This document shows, piece by piece, positions 22,846 through 35,900 of a stretch of DNA of 64,000 nucleotides (within the stretch, counting starts at the first letter, position 1; every line of letters starts with the position of its first letter). This DNA comes from Macrostomum hystrix. Its lineage: Eukaryota > Animalia > Platyhelminthes. Position numbers and translations under genes: made by a program. The notes under the pieces were generated by a model. The model searched no databases and was not told the DNA's origin. It was given only the letters and a program-made list of their open reading frames with translations. The stretch lies in contig CATNEN010000038.1 in assembly GCA_950097015.1 (NCBI GenBank), forward strand, positions 31,992,001 through 32,056,000, in the 5' to 3' direction.

Positions 22846-25800
22846 ATGGCATCGCAAGTCAGTATTCAAACCCCACCCGCACTGGACCTGCGCACGGACC
22901 CTAGCACAGCCCAGACAAAATGGAAGAAATGGCTCGCCCAGTTCCAGCTGTTCGCGGTCGCCGCAGGCATCGACGACAAGAAGCGGCTGCGCCAGCTGCT
23001 ACTGTACACCGCCGGCGAGGACCTGCAGGCGATCGCGGCCGGCCTCACCAACGAGGCGGCGGGCAAGGACATCGATACACTCGTTGCCGCGCTCAATCAG
23101 CACTTCGACGGCAAGCGGAATCTGCCGTTCACCCGCTACCAGTTCAGGCTCTGCACTCAGCGCCCTGGTGAGCCCATAGACGACTGGCTCCAGCGCCTCA
23201 AGGACGCCGCCGACTGCTGCGCCTTCGGTGACCTGCGAGAGTCTCTGATCCGTGATCAGGTGATTGCCTGCTGCAGCTCCGACCAGCTCCGCCGAAAGCT
23301 GCTAGCCATCGACAACGTGGACCTGGAGCAGGCGGTGCGGGCGGCCCGGGCCATGGAAGCGGCGGAGGCCCAAGCGAGCGTCATGGAGGCCAACGATGCG
23401 TCTGTGCAGCGGCTCCGACGTCAGGAGGCCGGTGCAGCAGCCCCTGCAGCGCGGCGGCCGACAGGGCAGCCGCAAGACAAGCAGCCGAACGGCAGGCAGA
23501 CCAGGTGCATCAGGTGCGGAGCCCCCGGCCACCGCACGTGCAGCGCAGCCGAAGGCAAGACGTGCAACCGCTGCGGCAAGCGAAATCACTTGGCGAGGGC
23601 CTGCCTGTCCCGGCCGAAGGAAGACGTCCACGCCCTGCAGGCTGACAGCGACAGTTCAGCGGCGGAGGACGGCGTGTTCTGCCTGACCGTGGCAGCCACA
23701 GGAACCGCGGCAGCCGGAGCCCAGACGTCGGTGTTCGTCGGTTCAACGCAGCTGCCCGTGCTGGTGGACAGCGGCGCTGACTGCAACATCATCACCGAGC
23801 AGGCCTGGCGGACACTGCCGGGACCCCCGCAGCTGCAGGCAACTCGCACGAAGATCTTCGCCTTCCGCTCGCCGAAGCCGCTCAGCACTCTGGGAGCCTG
23901 CAGCCTTCGGGTGTCAACGGGGCAGAACAGCAGGACGGTTCGCTTCATCGTCGTCCCCGGCGGCGGCACCAACATCCTGGGACGTGAGGCCTCGACTGCG
24001 CTCCGGCTCCTGAGCCTGGGGCCTCAGGTCCACGCGATCGAGGCAACCGAGACGGAGGACCCCGCTATCCAGGCGGTCGTCAGGCAATTTCCCGAGCTCT
24101 TCAGAGGCCTCGGCAAGGTCAAGGACGTCTCTGTGCAGATCAACATCAAATCCGACGCCAGACCAATCTGCCACCCGCCCTCCCGCGTTCCGGTGCACCT
24201 CCGGGAGGCGCTGGACCGCGAGCTAGACGAGCAGGAGCAGCTGGGCATCATCCAGCCAGTCGAGGGCCCCACGCCGTGGGTCAGCCGCATCGTCGTGGTG
24301 CCGAAGGAGGACGGCAAGAGCGTGCGGATCACGCAGGATCTGCGCGACGTGAACAAGGCGGCGCTGAGGGAGCGACACCAGATCCCGACATTCGAGGAGG
24401 CGACAAGCGACATGGCTGGCTCATCGATCTTCAGCAAGCTCGACATCTTCAAAGCATTCCACCAGATTGAAATCAGCGAGGACAGCCGGAAGTACTTCGT
24501 GTTCTCAACGCCCCGAGGAATGCGGCAGTTGACTCGCCTGAGTATGGGATTCGCCTCTGCGTCAGAGATCCTACAGCGCGTGATGCAGCGAGTGCTGGAG
24601 GGCCTGACGGGTGTTAAGTGGATCCACGACGACATCATTGTCCACAGCCGAGACCTGAAGGCTCACAAGACTCACGTGGCTGCCTGCCTGACCAGACTGC
24701 GAGAGCACGGCATCACCCTCAACGGCAGCAAGTGCCGCTGGGGGATCGGCAAGGCAAAGTTCATGGCGATGACGCTGTCCAAGTTTGGGATCCAGCCATC
24801 ACAAGAGAAGATCGCCGAGCTGCAAGCCTTCAAAGACCCACAGTCCGTCAAGGAGGTCCGGTCGTTTCTCGGCCTGGCCAATCACCTGGAAAAGTTCATG
24901 CCCCAGCTAGCGGACATGGCGGAGCCGCTCAGGCGTCTGACACGGAAGGGCCAGGAGTTTGTCTGGGACAGCGAGCAGCAGCAGGCCTTCCAGAACGTCA
25001 AGGACTGCATCTCGGAGAGCCGCACCCTGGCCTTCTTCGACAAACAGCTGCCAACAGAGCTGGTGGTCGATGCATCGCCCGCTGGCGTCGGCGCCATCCT
25101 GCAGCAGCGGCACCCCGGGGGGCAGACCCGGCCGGTGGCCTACGCGAGCCGCACCCTCAGCGAGGTCGAGCGGCGCTACAGCCAGATCGAGCGCGAGGCC
25201 CTGGGCGTCAAGTTCGGCTGCCTAAAGTTCGCGTTCTACCTGGAGGGCTGTCCTCATTTCGACGTCTACACCGACCACAAGCCGCTGCTGGGCATCTACA
25301 GGCCAGACTCCCGGCCACCGCCGCGACTCGAGCGCATCATGCTACAGACGCAGCACTTCTCGTTCACGCTACACTACCGCAAGGGCGAGGACAATCCGGC
25401 CGATCCCCTGAGCCGCAACCCGCTGCCGGAGACGTCGCCGGGCATGGACGTGGCCGCGGAGACCAGGCTGCTCAACGCCGTGGTCCAGGCCGCGACACCG
25501 AAGGGCCTGACGATGGACAGGATTCGCGCTGCAACCGAGAGGGACCCCGCCCTGACGGTCGTCATGCAAGCCCTAGCGACGGGCCACTGGCGCTGCGGCG
25601 CCGCGGCCCCGGCGCACAGCTTCCGGTCCCTGAAGGATGAGCTCAGCGTCCACGACGGCGTGGTGCTCCGGGGCAGCAAGATCGTGATCCCGGCGGAGCT
25701 GCAGCAGCTGACCATCGCACTGGCACACCAGGGTCACCTCGGCCAGAAGAAAACGTGCGACCGGCTGCAGCGGAAGGTCTGGTGGCCCGGCATGACACAG

Positions 25801-26361
25801 CAGGTCGAGGCCGTTGTCTCCCGCTGCCGCCCGTGCCAGGCGGCTCGACCGGACGGCGCCGTCAAGCAGCCGCCGATGCAACCGACACCGCTGCCCCCGG
25901 GGCCGTGGCAATCGCTGAGCGTGGACGTCTGCGGACCGTTCCCGACGGGCGAGAACGTGGTGGTCCTGGTGGACTACTTCAGCCGGTACCCGGACACCTA
26001 CGTGGTGCGCAGCCTCACGAGCGCCAGCATCATCACCTGCGCCATGGCCTCGTTCAGTCGCTTCGGCGTGCCACAGCAGATCACCACGGACAACGCGACC
26101 TACTTCACGAGCGAGGAGTTTAAGGAGTTCCTCGACGGCCTCGGAGTCCAGCACCGCAGGGTCACCCCACTCTACCCGGCAGCGAACGGCGAGGTCGAGC
26201 GATTCAACCGCAGCCTCTACAAGTGTGTCAACGCCGCGGCAGCGGAGGGCAAGGACTGGCGCCGGGCCATCCATGAGTGGCTGCTCGGCTACCGCAACTC
26301 AGTGCACCGCGGCACGGGCCGGTCGCCCAACGATCTCATGCCATGTTTAACAGGGCCGTAG
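22846..26361 (+). CDS. gag-pol: Gag-Pol polyprotein (two Zn knuckles, protease, RT, RNase H, integrase), frameshifted near its C-terminus
   Basis: CIRCG..H..C / CNRCGKRNHLARAC, LVDSGA, WIHDDII, VVDASP...EREAL...TDHKPL, H-H-C-C zinc motif, SVD...TTDNA...GEVERFN. Confidence 0.95.
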   Translation: MASQVSIQTPPALDLRTDPSTAQTKWKKWLAQFQLFAVAAGIDDKKRLRQLLLYTAGEDLQAIAAGLTNEAAGKDIDTLVAALNQHFDGKRNLPFTRYQFRLCTQRPGEPIDDWLQRLKDAADCCAFGDLRESLIRDQVIACCSSDQLRRKLLAIDNVDLEQAVRAARAMEAAEAQASVMEANDASVQRLRRQEAGAAAPAARRPTGQPQDKQPNGRQTRCIRCGAPGHRTCSAAEGKTCNRCGKRNHLARACLSRPKEDVHALQADSDSSAAEDGVFCLTVAATGTAAAGAQTSVFVGSTQLPVLVDSGADCNIITEQAWRTLPGPPQLQATRTKIFAFRSPKPLSTLGACSLRVSTGQNSRTVRFIVVPGGGTNILGREASTALRLLSLGPQVHAIEATETEDPAIQAVVRQFPELFRGLGKVKDVSVQINIKSDARPICHPPSRVPVHLREALDRELDEQEQLGIIQPVEGPTPWVSRIVVVPKEDGKSVRITQDLRDVNKAALRERHQIPTFEEATSDMAGSSIFSKLDIFKAFHQIEISEDSRKYFVFSTPRGMRQLTRLSMGFASASEILQRVMQRVLEGLTGVKWIHDDIIVHSRDLKAHKTHVAACLTRLREHGITLNGSKCRWGIGKAKFMAMTLSKFGIQPSQEKIAELQAFKDPQSVKEVRSFLGLANHLEKFMPQLADMAEPLRRLTRKGQEFVWDSEQQQAFQNVKDCISESRTLAFFDKQLPTELVVDASPAGVGAILQQRHPGGQTRPVAYASRTLSEVERRYSQIEREALGVKFGCLKFAFYLEGCPHFDVYTDHKPLLGIYRPDSRPPPRLERIMLQTQHFSFTLHYRKGEDNPADPLSRNPLPETSPGMDVAAETRLLNAVVQAATPKGLTMDRIRAATERDPALTVVMQALATGHWRCGAAAPAHSFRSLKDELSVHDGVVLRGSKIVIPAELQQLTIALAHQGHLGQKKTCDRLQRKVWWPGMTQQVEAVVSRCRPCQAARPDGAVKQPPMQPTPLPPGPWQSLSVDVCGPFPTGENVVVLVDYFSRYPDTYVVRSLTSASIITCAMASFSRFGVPQQITTDNATYFTSEEFKEFLDGLGVQHRRVTPLYPAANGEVERFNRSLYKCVNAAAAEGKDWRRAIHEWLLGYRNSVHRGTGRSPNDLMPCLTGP

Positions 26362-26804
26362 GCGACCTCCTGCCGGCCGGCCCCGCGGAGCAGCTGGACG
26401 ACGCCGGTCGGCAGCTGCAGCGTCATGACCGCAGCTACAAGCAGGCGATGCGCCGCGCGACTGACAAGCGACGAGCGGCAGCACCACACGGCATCGCGGC
26501 GGGCGCCCGCGTGCTGCTTAGGAACCGCGGCAAGGCCAAACTGCGGTGCCCGTTCGACCCGCGCCCCTGGCTCGTCAAAGCGGTCCACGGCGATGCACTG
26601 ACGCTGGAGAGAGGCGAGGCCGTGCTGCGGCGGCACGTGACTGAGACCAAGCCGCTGCGCGAGTGCCCCTGGGAGCCAGACGAACCGCGGGACGGCCGGC
26701 CCGCTCATCCGCAGCCCGCCACAGACGGCGGCGCCACGGACGGTGCCATAGCGCAGAGGCCCCACCCCAGGCAGGCTAAGAGGCACATCTGCTATAAGGA
26801 GTGA
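26346..26804 (+). pseudogene. Out-of-frame integrase C-terminal domain of the same pol
   Basis: Removing CCATG at 26341-26345 restores ...PNDLMFNRAV...GARVLLRN...KLRCPFDPRPW...RRHV. Confidence 0.85.
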
Positions 26805-26989
26805 CTGTAGTGACAGGGCCTGAGAGGCATCTTTCCATGCGAACTATTTGCGTTTTTTTTGCGTTCTGATTTTTCAAGACCCACTCAATGCGCCGCGCGT
26901 TTGACCTTTTTACTCTGAGGGGGAGAGATGTTCACCATGATCCCCATTTTGATGATGACTCCCCAGTTGACGTTGATTTTTCAAACGCT

Positions 26990-29900
26990 GGGTTAGCCAA
27001 GATTCAAACTCATGTTTCGCCATGTTTTAAACCCTGGTGGGCTATGATTCAAACTCTGGTTTAGCCATGATTCAAACTCTGGTTTAGCCATGATTCAAAC
27101 TCTGGTTTAGCCATGATTCAGACTCTGGTTTAGCCATGATTCAGACTCTGGTTTAGCCATGATTCAGACTCTGGTTTAGCCATGATTCAGACTCTGGTTT
27201 AGCCATGATTCAGACTCTGGTTTAGCCATGATTCAGACTCTAGGTTAGCCATGATTCAGACTCTGGTTTAGCCATGATTCAGACTCTGGTTTTGCCATGA
27301 TTCAAACTCTGGTTTAGCCATGATTCAGACTCTGGTTTAGCCATGATTCAAACTCTGGTTTAGCCATGATTCAGACTCTGGTTTAGCCATGATTCAGACT
27401 CTGGTTTAGCCATGATTCAGACTCTGGTTTAGCCATGATTCAGACTCTAGGTTAGCCATGATTCAAACGTTGGTTTAGCCATGATTCAGACTCTGGTTTA
27501 GCCATGATTCAAACTCTGGTTTAGCCATGATTCAAACTCTGGTTTAGCCATGATTCAAACGCTGGTTTAGCCATGATTCAAACTCTGGTTTAGCCATGAT
27601 TCAAACTCTGGTTTAGCCAAGATTCGAACTCTGGTTTAGCCATGATTGAAACTCTTATTTAGCCATGATTCAAACTCTGGTTTAGCCATGATTCAAACTC
27701 TGATTTAGCCATGATTCAAACTCTGGTTTAGCCATAATTCAGACGCTGGGTTAGACATGATTGAAACTCTGGTTTAGCCAAGATTCAAACTCTAGTTGGC
27801 TATGATTTCAAACTCTGGTTTAGCCATGATTCAAACTCTGGTTTAGCCATGATTCAAACTCTGGTTTAGCCAAGATTCAAACTCTGGTTGGCTATGATTC
27901 GAACTCTGGTTTAGCCATGATTCAGACGCTGGTTTAGCCATGCTGATGATGATGGTTTAGCCATGATTCAGACTCTGGTTTGGCCATGATTCAGACTCTG
28001 GTTTAGCCATGATTCAAACTCTGGTTGGCTATGATTCAAACTCTGGTTTTGCCATGATTCAAGCTCTGGTTTAGCCATGATTCAAACTCTGGTTTAGCCA
28101 TGATTCAGACTCTAGTTTAACTATGATTCAAACTCTGGTTTAGCCATTATTCAGACTCTGGTTTAGCCATGATTCAGACTCTAGTTTAGCCATGATTGAA
28201 ACTCTGGTTTAGCCATGATTTAAACTCTAGTTTAGCCATGCTGATGATGATGGTTTAGCCATGATTCAAGATCTGGTTTAGCCATGATTCAAACTCTGGT
28301 TTAGCCATGATTCAGACTCTAGTTTAGCAATGATTGAAACTCTGGTTTAGCCATGATTCAGACTCTGGTTTAGCCATGTTTCAAACTCTGGTTTAGCCAT
28401 GATTGAAACTCTGGTTTAGCCATGATTCAAACTCTGGTTTAGCAATGATTCAAACTCTGGTTTTGCCATGATTCAGACTCTGGTTGGCCATGATTCAAAC
28501 TCTGTTTTAGCCATGATTTAAACTCTAGTTTAGCCATGCTGATGATGATGGTTTAGCCATGATTCAAGATCTGGTTTAGCCATGATTCAAACTCTAGTTT
28601 AGCCATGATTCAGACTCTAGTTTAGCAATTGTAGTGCACTGCGTTGCCCTGTCCCTCCCACGCGGGCATAGTCAACGTGCACTGCTCTTGGCACGTACTG
28701 TATGTATGCACGCACTGTTGCGTAATGCGCTCATGGCTGGACTGCACGTCGGCCTGCCTGCACTGGACGGCACTATATAACAACTCAAATATACGGCCCA
28801 AGAGGCCACGTTCCTTTCTCAATCAACTGCACTACAGCAATGATTAAAACTCTGGTTTAGCCATGATTCAGACTCTGGTTTAGCCATGTTTCAAACTCTG
28901 GTTTAGCAATGATTCAAACTCTGGTTTTGCCATGATTCAGACTCTGGTTTTGCCATGATTCAGACTCTGGTTGGCCATGATTCAAACTCTGTTTTAGCCA
29001 TGATTCAAACTCTGGTTTAGCCATGATTCAAACTCTAGTTTAGCCATGCTGATGATGATGGTTTAGCCATGATTCAAACCCTGGTTTAGCCATGATTCAA
29101 ACCCTGGTGTAGCCATGATATAGTCTCTGGTTTAACCATGATTCAAACTCTGGTTCTGCCATATTTCAGACTCTGGTTTAGCCAGAATTCAGAATCTAGT
29201 TTAGCCATGATTCAGACTCTGGTTTAGCCATGATTCAAACCCTGGTGTAGCCATGATTTAGTCTCTGGTTTAGCCATGATTCAAACCCTGGTGTAGCCAT
29301 GATTTAGTCTCTGGTTTAGCCATGATTCAAACTCTGGTTCTGCCATGTTTCAGACTCTAGTTTTGCCATGATTCAAACTCTGGTTTAGCCATGGTTCAAG
29401 CTCTGGTTTAGCCATGATTCAAAATCTGGTTTAGCCATGATTCAGACTCTAGTTTAACTATGATTCAGACTCTAGTTTAGCCATGATTCAGACTCTAGTT
29501 TATCCATGATTCAAACTCTGGTTTAGCCATGATTCAAACTCTAGTTTAGCCATGCTGATGATGATGGTTTAGCCATGATTCAAACCCTGGTTTGGCCATG
29601 ATTCAAACCCTGGTGTAGCCATGATATAGTCTCTGGTTTAACCATGATTCAAACTCTGGTTCTGCCATATTTCAGACTCTGGTTTAGCCAGAATTCAGAA
29701 TCTAGTTTAGCCATGATTCAGACTCTGGTTTAGCCATGATTCAAACCCTGGTGTAGCCATGATTTAGTCTCTGGTTTAGCCATGATTCAAACCCTGGTGT
29801 AGCCATGATTTAGTCTCTGGTTTAGCCATGATTCAAACTCTGGTTCTGCCATGTTTCAGACTCTAGTTTTGCCATGATTCAAACTCTGGTTTAGCCATGA

Positions 29901-32900
29901 TTCAAGCTCTGGTTTAGCCATGATTCAAGCTCTGGTTTAGCCATGATTGAAGATCTGGATTAGCCATGATTCAGACTATGGTTTAGCCATGATTCAGACT
30001 CCAGTTTTGCCATGATTCGAACTTTGGTTTAGCCATGATTCAAACTCTGGTTTAGCCGTGATTTAAACTCTGGTTGGCCATGATTCAAACTCTGTTTTTG
30101 CCATGATTCAAACTTATGTTTAGCCATGATTCAGACTCTAGTTTAGCCATGATTCGAACTTTGGTTTAGCCATGATTCAAACTCTGGTTTAGCCGTGATT
30201 CAAACTCTGGTTGGCCATGATTCAAACTCTTGTTTAGCCATGATTCAGACTCTAGTTTAGCCATGATTCAAACTCTTGTTGGCCATGATTCAAACTCTCG
30301 TTTAGCCATGATTCAGACCTTGTTTAGCCATGATTCAAACTCTGGTTTAGCCATAATTCAAACTCTGGTTTAGCCATGATTCAAACTCTTGTTGGCCATG
30401 ATTCAAACTCTCGTTTAGCCATGATTCAGACCTTGTTTAGCCATGATTCAAACTCTGGTTTAGCCATAATTCAAACTCTGGTTTAGCCATGATTCAAACT
30501 CTAGTTTAGCCATGCTGATGATGATGGTTTAGCCATGATTCAAACCCTGGTGTAGCCATGACTTAGTCTCTGGTTTAGCCATGATTCAGACTCTAGTTTA
30601 GCCATGATTGAAACTCTGGTTTAGCCATGATTCAAACTCTAGTTTAGCCATGATTCAAACTCTTGTTGGCCATGATTCAAACTCTCGTTTTGCCATGATT
30701 CAGACCTTGTTTAGCCATGATTCAAACTCTGGTTTAGCCATAATTCAGACTCGAGTTTAACTATGATTCAGACTCTAGTTTAGCCATGATTCAGACTCTA
30801 GTTTATCCATGATTCAAACTCTGGTTTAGCCATGATTCAAACTCTAGTTTAGACATGCTGATGATGATGGTTTAGCCATGATTCAAACCCTAGTGTAGCC
30901 ATGATTTAGTCTCTGGATTAGCCATGATTCAAACTCTTGTTAAGCCATGATTCAGACGCTGGTTTAGCCATGATTCAAACTCTGGTTCTGCCATGTTTCA
31001 GACTCTGGTTTAGCCATGATTGAGAATCTAGTTTAGCCATGATTCAGACTCTGGTTTAGCCATGATTCAAACCCTGGTGTAGCCATGATTTAGTCTCTGG
31101 TTTAGCCATGATTCAAACTCTGGTTTAGCCATGATTCAGACGCTGGCTTAGCCATGATTGAAACTCTGGTTTAGCCATGATTGAAACTCTGGTTTTGCCA
31201 TGATTCAGACTCTGGTTTAGCCATGATTCAGACGCCGGTTTAGCCATGATTGAAACTCTGGTTTAGCCATGATTGAAACTCTGGTTTAGCCATGATTCAA
31301 ACTCTAGTTTAGCCATGATTCAAACTCTTGTTGGCCATGATTCAAACTCTCGTTTTGCCATGATTCAGACCTTGTTTAGCCATGATTCAAACTCTGGTTT
31401 AGCCATAATTCAAACTCTGGTTTAGCCATGATTCAAACTCTAGTTTAGCCATGCTGATGATGATGGTTTAGCCATGATTCAAACCCTGGTGTAGCCATGA
31501 CTTAGTCTCTGGTTTAGCCATGATTCAGACTCTAGTTTAGCCATGATTCAAACTCCGGTTGGCCATGATTCAAACTCTTGTTTAGCCATGATTCAGACTC
31601 TAGTTTAGCCATGCTGTTGATGAAGGTTTAGCAATGATTCAAACTCTGGTTTAGCCATGATTCAAACTCTTGTTGGCCATGATTCAAACTCTCGTTTAGC
31701 CATGATTCAGACCTTGTTTAGCCATGATTCAAACTCTGGTTTAGCCATAATTCAAACTCTGGTTTAGCCATGATTCAAACTCTAGTTTAGCCATGCTGAT
31801 GATGATGGTTTAGCCATGATTCAAACCCTGGTGTAGCCATGACTTAGTCTCTGGTTTAGCCATGATTCAGACTCTAGTTTAGCCATGATTGAAACTCTGG
31901 TTTAGCCATGATTCAAACTCTAGTTTAGCCATGATTCAAACTCTTGTTGGCCATGATTCAAACTCTCGTTTTGCCATGATTCAGACCTTGTTTAGCCATG
32001 ATTCAAACTCTGGTTTAGCCATAATTCAGACTCGAGTTTAACTATGATTCAGACTCTAGTTTAGCCATGATTCAGACTCTAGTTTATCCATGATTCAAAC
32101 TCTGGTTTAGCCATGATTCAAACTCTAGTTTAGACATGCTGATGATGATGGTTTAGCCATGATTCAAACCCTAGTGTAGCCATGATTTAGTCTCTGGATT
32201 AGCCATGATTCAAACTCTTGTTAAGCCATGATTCAGACTCTAGTTTATCCATGATTCAAACTCTGGTTCTGCCATGTTTCAGACTCTGGTTTAGCCATGA
32301 TTGAGAATCTAGTTTAGCCATGATTCAGACTCTGGTTTAGCCATGATTCAAACCCTGGTGTAGCCATGATTTAGTCTCTGGTTTAGCCATGATTCAAACT
32401 CTGGTTTAGCCATGATTCAGACGCTGGCTTAGCCATGATTGAAACTCTGGTTTAGCCATGATTGAAACTCTGGTTTTGCCATGATTCAGACTCTGGTTTA
32501 GCCATGATTCAGACGCCGGTTTAGCCATGATTGAAACTCTGGTTTAGCCATGATTGAAACTCTGGTTTAGCCATGATTCAAACTCTAGTTTAGCCATGAT
32601 TCAAACTCTTGTTGGCCATGATTCAAACTCTCGTTTTGCCATGATTCAGACCTTGTTTAGCCATGATTCAAACTCTGGTTTAGCCATAATTCAAACTCTG
32701 GTTTAGCCATGATTCAAACTCTAGTTTAGCCATGCTGATGATGATGGTTTAGCCATGATTCAAACCCTGGTGTAGCCATGACTTAGTCTCTGGTTTAGCC
32801 ATGATTCAGACTCTAGTTTAGCCATGATTCAAACTCCGGTTGGCCATGATTCAAACTCTTGTTTAGCCATGATTCAGACTCTAGTTTAGCCATGCTGTTG

Positions 32901-35900
32901 ATGAAGGTTTAGCAATGATTCAAACTCTGGTTTAGCCATGATTCAAACTCTTGTTGGCCATGATTCAAACTCTCGTTTAGCCATGATTCAGACCTTGTTT
33001 AGCCATGATTCAAACTCTGGTTTAGCCATAATTCAAACTCTGGTTTAGCCATGATTCAAACTCTAGTTTAGCCATGCTGATGATGATGGTTTAGCCATGA
33101 TTCAAACCCTGGTGTAGCCATGACTTAGTCTCTGGTTTAGCCATGATTCAGACTCTAGTTTAGCCATGATTGAAACTCTGGTTTAGCCATGATTCAAACT
33201 CTAGTTTAGCCATGATTCAAACTCTTGTTGGCCATGATTCAAACTCTCGTTTTGCCATGATTCAGACCTTGTTTAGCCATGATTCAAACTCTGGTTTAGC
33301 CATAATTCAGACTCGAGTTTAACTATGATTCAGACTCTAGTTTAGCCATGATTCAGACTCTAGTTTATCCATGATTCAAACTCTGGTTTAGCCATGATTC
33401 AAACTCTAGTTTAGACATGCTGATGATGATGGTTTAGCCATGATTCAAACCCTAGTGTAGCCATGATTTAGTCTCTGGTTTAGCCATGATTCAAACTCTT
33501 GTTAAGCCATGATTCAGACGCTGGTTTAGCCATGATTCAAACTCTGGTTCTGCCATGTTTCAGACTCTGGTTTAGCCATGATTGAGAATCTAGTTTAGCC
33601 ATGATTCAGACTCTGGTTTAGCCATGATTCAAACCCTGGTGTAGCCATGATTTAGTCTCTGGTTTAGCCATGATTCAAACTCTGGTTTAGCCATGATTCA
33701 GACGCTGGCTTAGCCATGATTGAAACTCTGGTTTAGCCATGATTGAAACTCTGGTTTTGCCATGATTCAGACTCTGGTTTAGCCATGATTCAGACGCCGG
33801 TTTAGCCATGATTGAAACTCTGGTTTAGCCATGATTGAAACTCTGGTTTAGCCATGATTCAAACTCTAGTTTAGCCATGATTCAAACTCTTGTTGGCCAT
33901 GATTCAAACTCTCGTTTTGCCATGATTCAGACCTTGTTTAGCCATGATTCAAACTCTGGTTTAGCCATAATTCAGACTCTAGTTTAACTATGATTCAGAC
34001 TCTAGTTTAGCCATGATTCAGACTCTAGTTTATCCATGATTCAAACTCTGGTTTAGCCATGATTCAAACTCTAGTTTAGACATGCTGATGATGATGGTTT
34101 AGCCATGATTCAAACCCTGGTGTAGCCATGACTTAGTCTCTGGTTTAGCCATGATTCAAACTCTTGTTAAGCCATGATTCAGACGCTGGTTTAGCCATGA
34201 TTCAAACTCTGGTTCTGCCATGTTTCAGACTCTGGTTTAGCCATGATTCAGAATCTAGTTTAGCCATAATTCAGACTCTGGTTTAGCCATGATTCAAACC
34301 CTGGTGTAGCCATGATTTAGTCTCTGGTTTAGCCATGATTCAAACTCTGGTTCTGCCATGTTTCAGACTCTGGTTTAGCCATGATTCAGAATCTAGTTTA
34401 GCCATGATTCAGACTCTGGTTTAGCCATGATTCAAACCCTGGTGTAGCCATGATTTAGTCTCTGGTTTAGCCATGATTCAAACTCTGGTTTAGCCATGAT
34501 TCAGACGCTGGCTTAGCCATGATTGAAACTCTGGTTTAGCCATGATTGAAACTCTGGTTTTGTCATGATTCAGACTCTGGTTTAGCCATGATTCAGACGC
34601 CGGTTTAGCCATGATTGAAACTCTAGTTTAGCCATGCTGATGATGATGGTTTTGCCATGATTCAGACTCTGGTTTAGCCATGATTCAAACTCTGGTTTAG
34701 TCATGATTCAGACTCTAGTTTAACCATGATTCAGACTCTAGTTTAGCCATGATTGAAACTCTGGTTTAGCCATGATTCAAACTCTAGTTTAGCCATGCTG
34801 ATGATGATGGTTTAGCCATGATTCAGACTCTGGTATAGCCATGATTCAAACCCTGGTGTAGCCATGATTTAGTCTCTGGTTTTGCCATGATTGAAACTCT
34901 GGTTTAGCCTTCATTCAAACTCTGGTTGGCCATGATTCAAACTCTGTTTTAGCCATGATTCAAACTCTTGTTTAGCCATGATTCAGACTCTAGTTTAGCC
35001 ATGATTCAGACTCTGGTTTAGCCGTGATTCAAACTCTGGTTTAGCCATGATTCAAACTCTGGTTTAGCCATGCTGATGATGAAGGTTTAGGCATGATTCA
35101 AACTCTGGTTTAGCCATGATTCAAACTCTTGTTGGCCATGATTCAAACTCTCGTTTAGCCATGATTCAAACTCTAGTTTAGCCATGATTCAGACTCTAGT
35201 TTAGCCATGATCCAGACTCTGGTTTTGCCATGATTCAGACTCTGGTTTAGCCATGATTCAGACTCTAGTTTATCCATGATTCAAACTCTGGTTTAGCCAT
35301 AATTCAGACTCTAGTTTAACTATGATTCAGACTCTAGTTTAGCCATGATTCAGACTCTAGTTTATCCATGATTCAAACTCTGGTTTAGCCATGATTCAAA
35401 CTCTAGTTTAGCCATGCTGATGATGATGGTTTAGCCATGATTCAAACCCTGGTGTAGCCATGATTCAAACCCTGGTGTAGCCATGATTTAGTCTCTGGTT
35501 TAGCCATGATTCAAACCCTGTTGTAGCCATGATTTAGTCTCTGGTTTAGCCATGATTCAAACTCTGGTTCTTCTATGTTTTAGACTCTGGTTTTGCCATG
35601 ATTCAGAATCTAGTTTAGCCATGATTGAGACTCTAGTCTAGCCATGATCCAGACTCTGGTTTTGCCATGATTCAGACTCTGGTTTAGCCATGATTCAGAC
35701 TCTAGTTTATCCATGATTCAAACTCTGGTTTAGCCATAATTCAGACTCTAGTTTAACTATGATTCAGACTCTAGTTTAGCCATGATTCAGACTCTAGTTT
35801 ATCCATGATTCAAACTCTGGTTTAGCCATGATTCAAACTCTAGTTTAGCCATGCTGATGATGATGGTTTAGCCATGATTCAAACCCTGGTTTAGCCATGA

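Larger units (their letters stand above)
22639..26931 (+). mobile_element. Ty3/Gypsy retrotransposon, Mag-like clade: 5' LTR (22639-22845), gag-pol, PPT; 3' LTR reduced to TGT
   Basis: LTR directly followed by TGG-starting PBS-like site and a single gag-pol ORF; PPT GAGGGGGAGAGA at 26917-26928 followed by TGT. Confidence 0.92.

Noticed and set aside
28630-28836. 3' LTR of the Mag-like element
   Set aside because: It lies 1.7 kb from the PPT and is flanked by GCAAT and satellite on both sides, so it is a solo LTR copy
20831-28847. 66-67 aa Cys/His-rich ORFs repeated four times
   Set aside because: They coincide with the 207-bp LTR copies and are incidental frames
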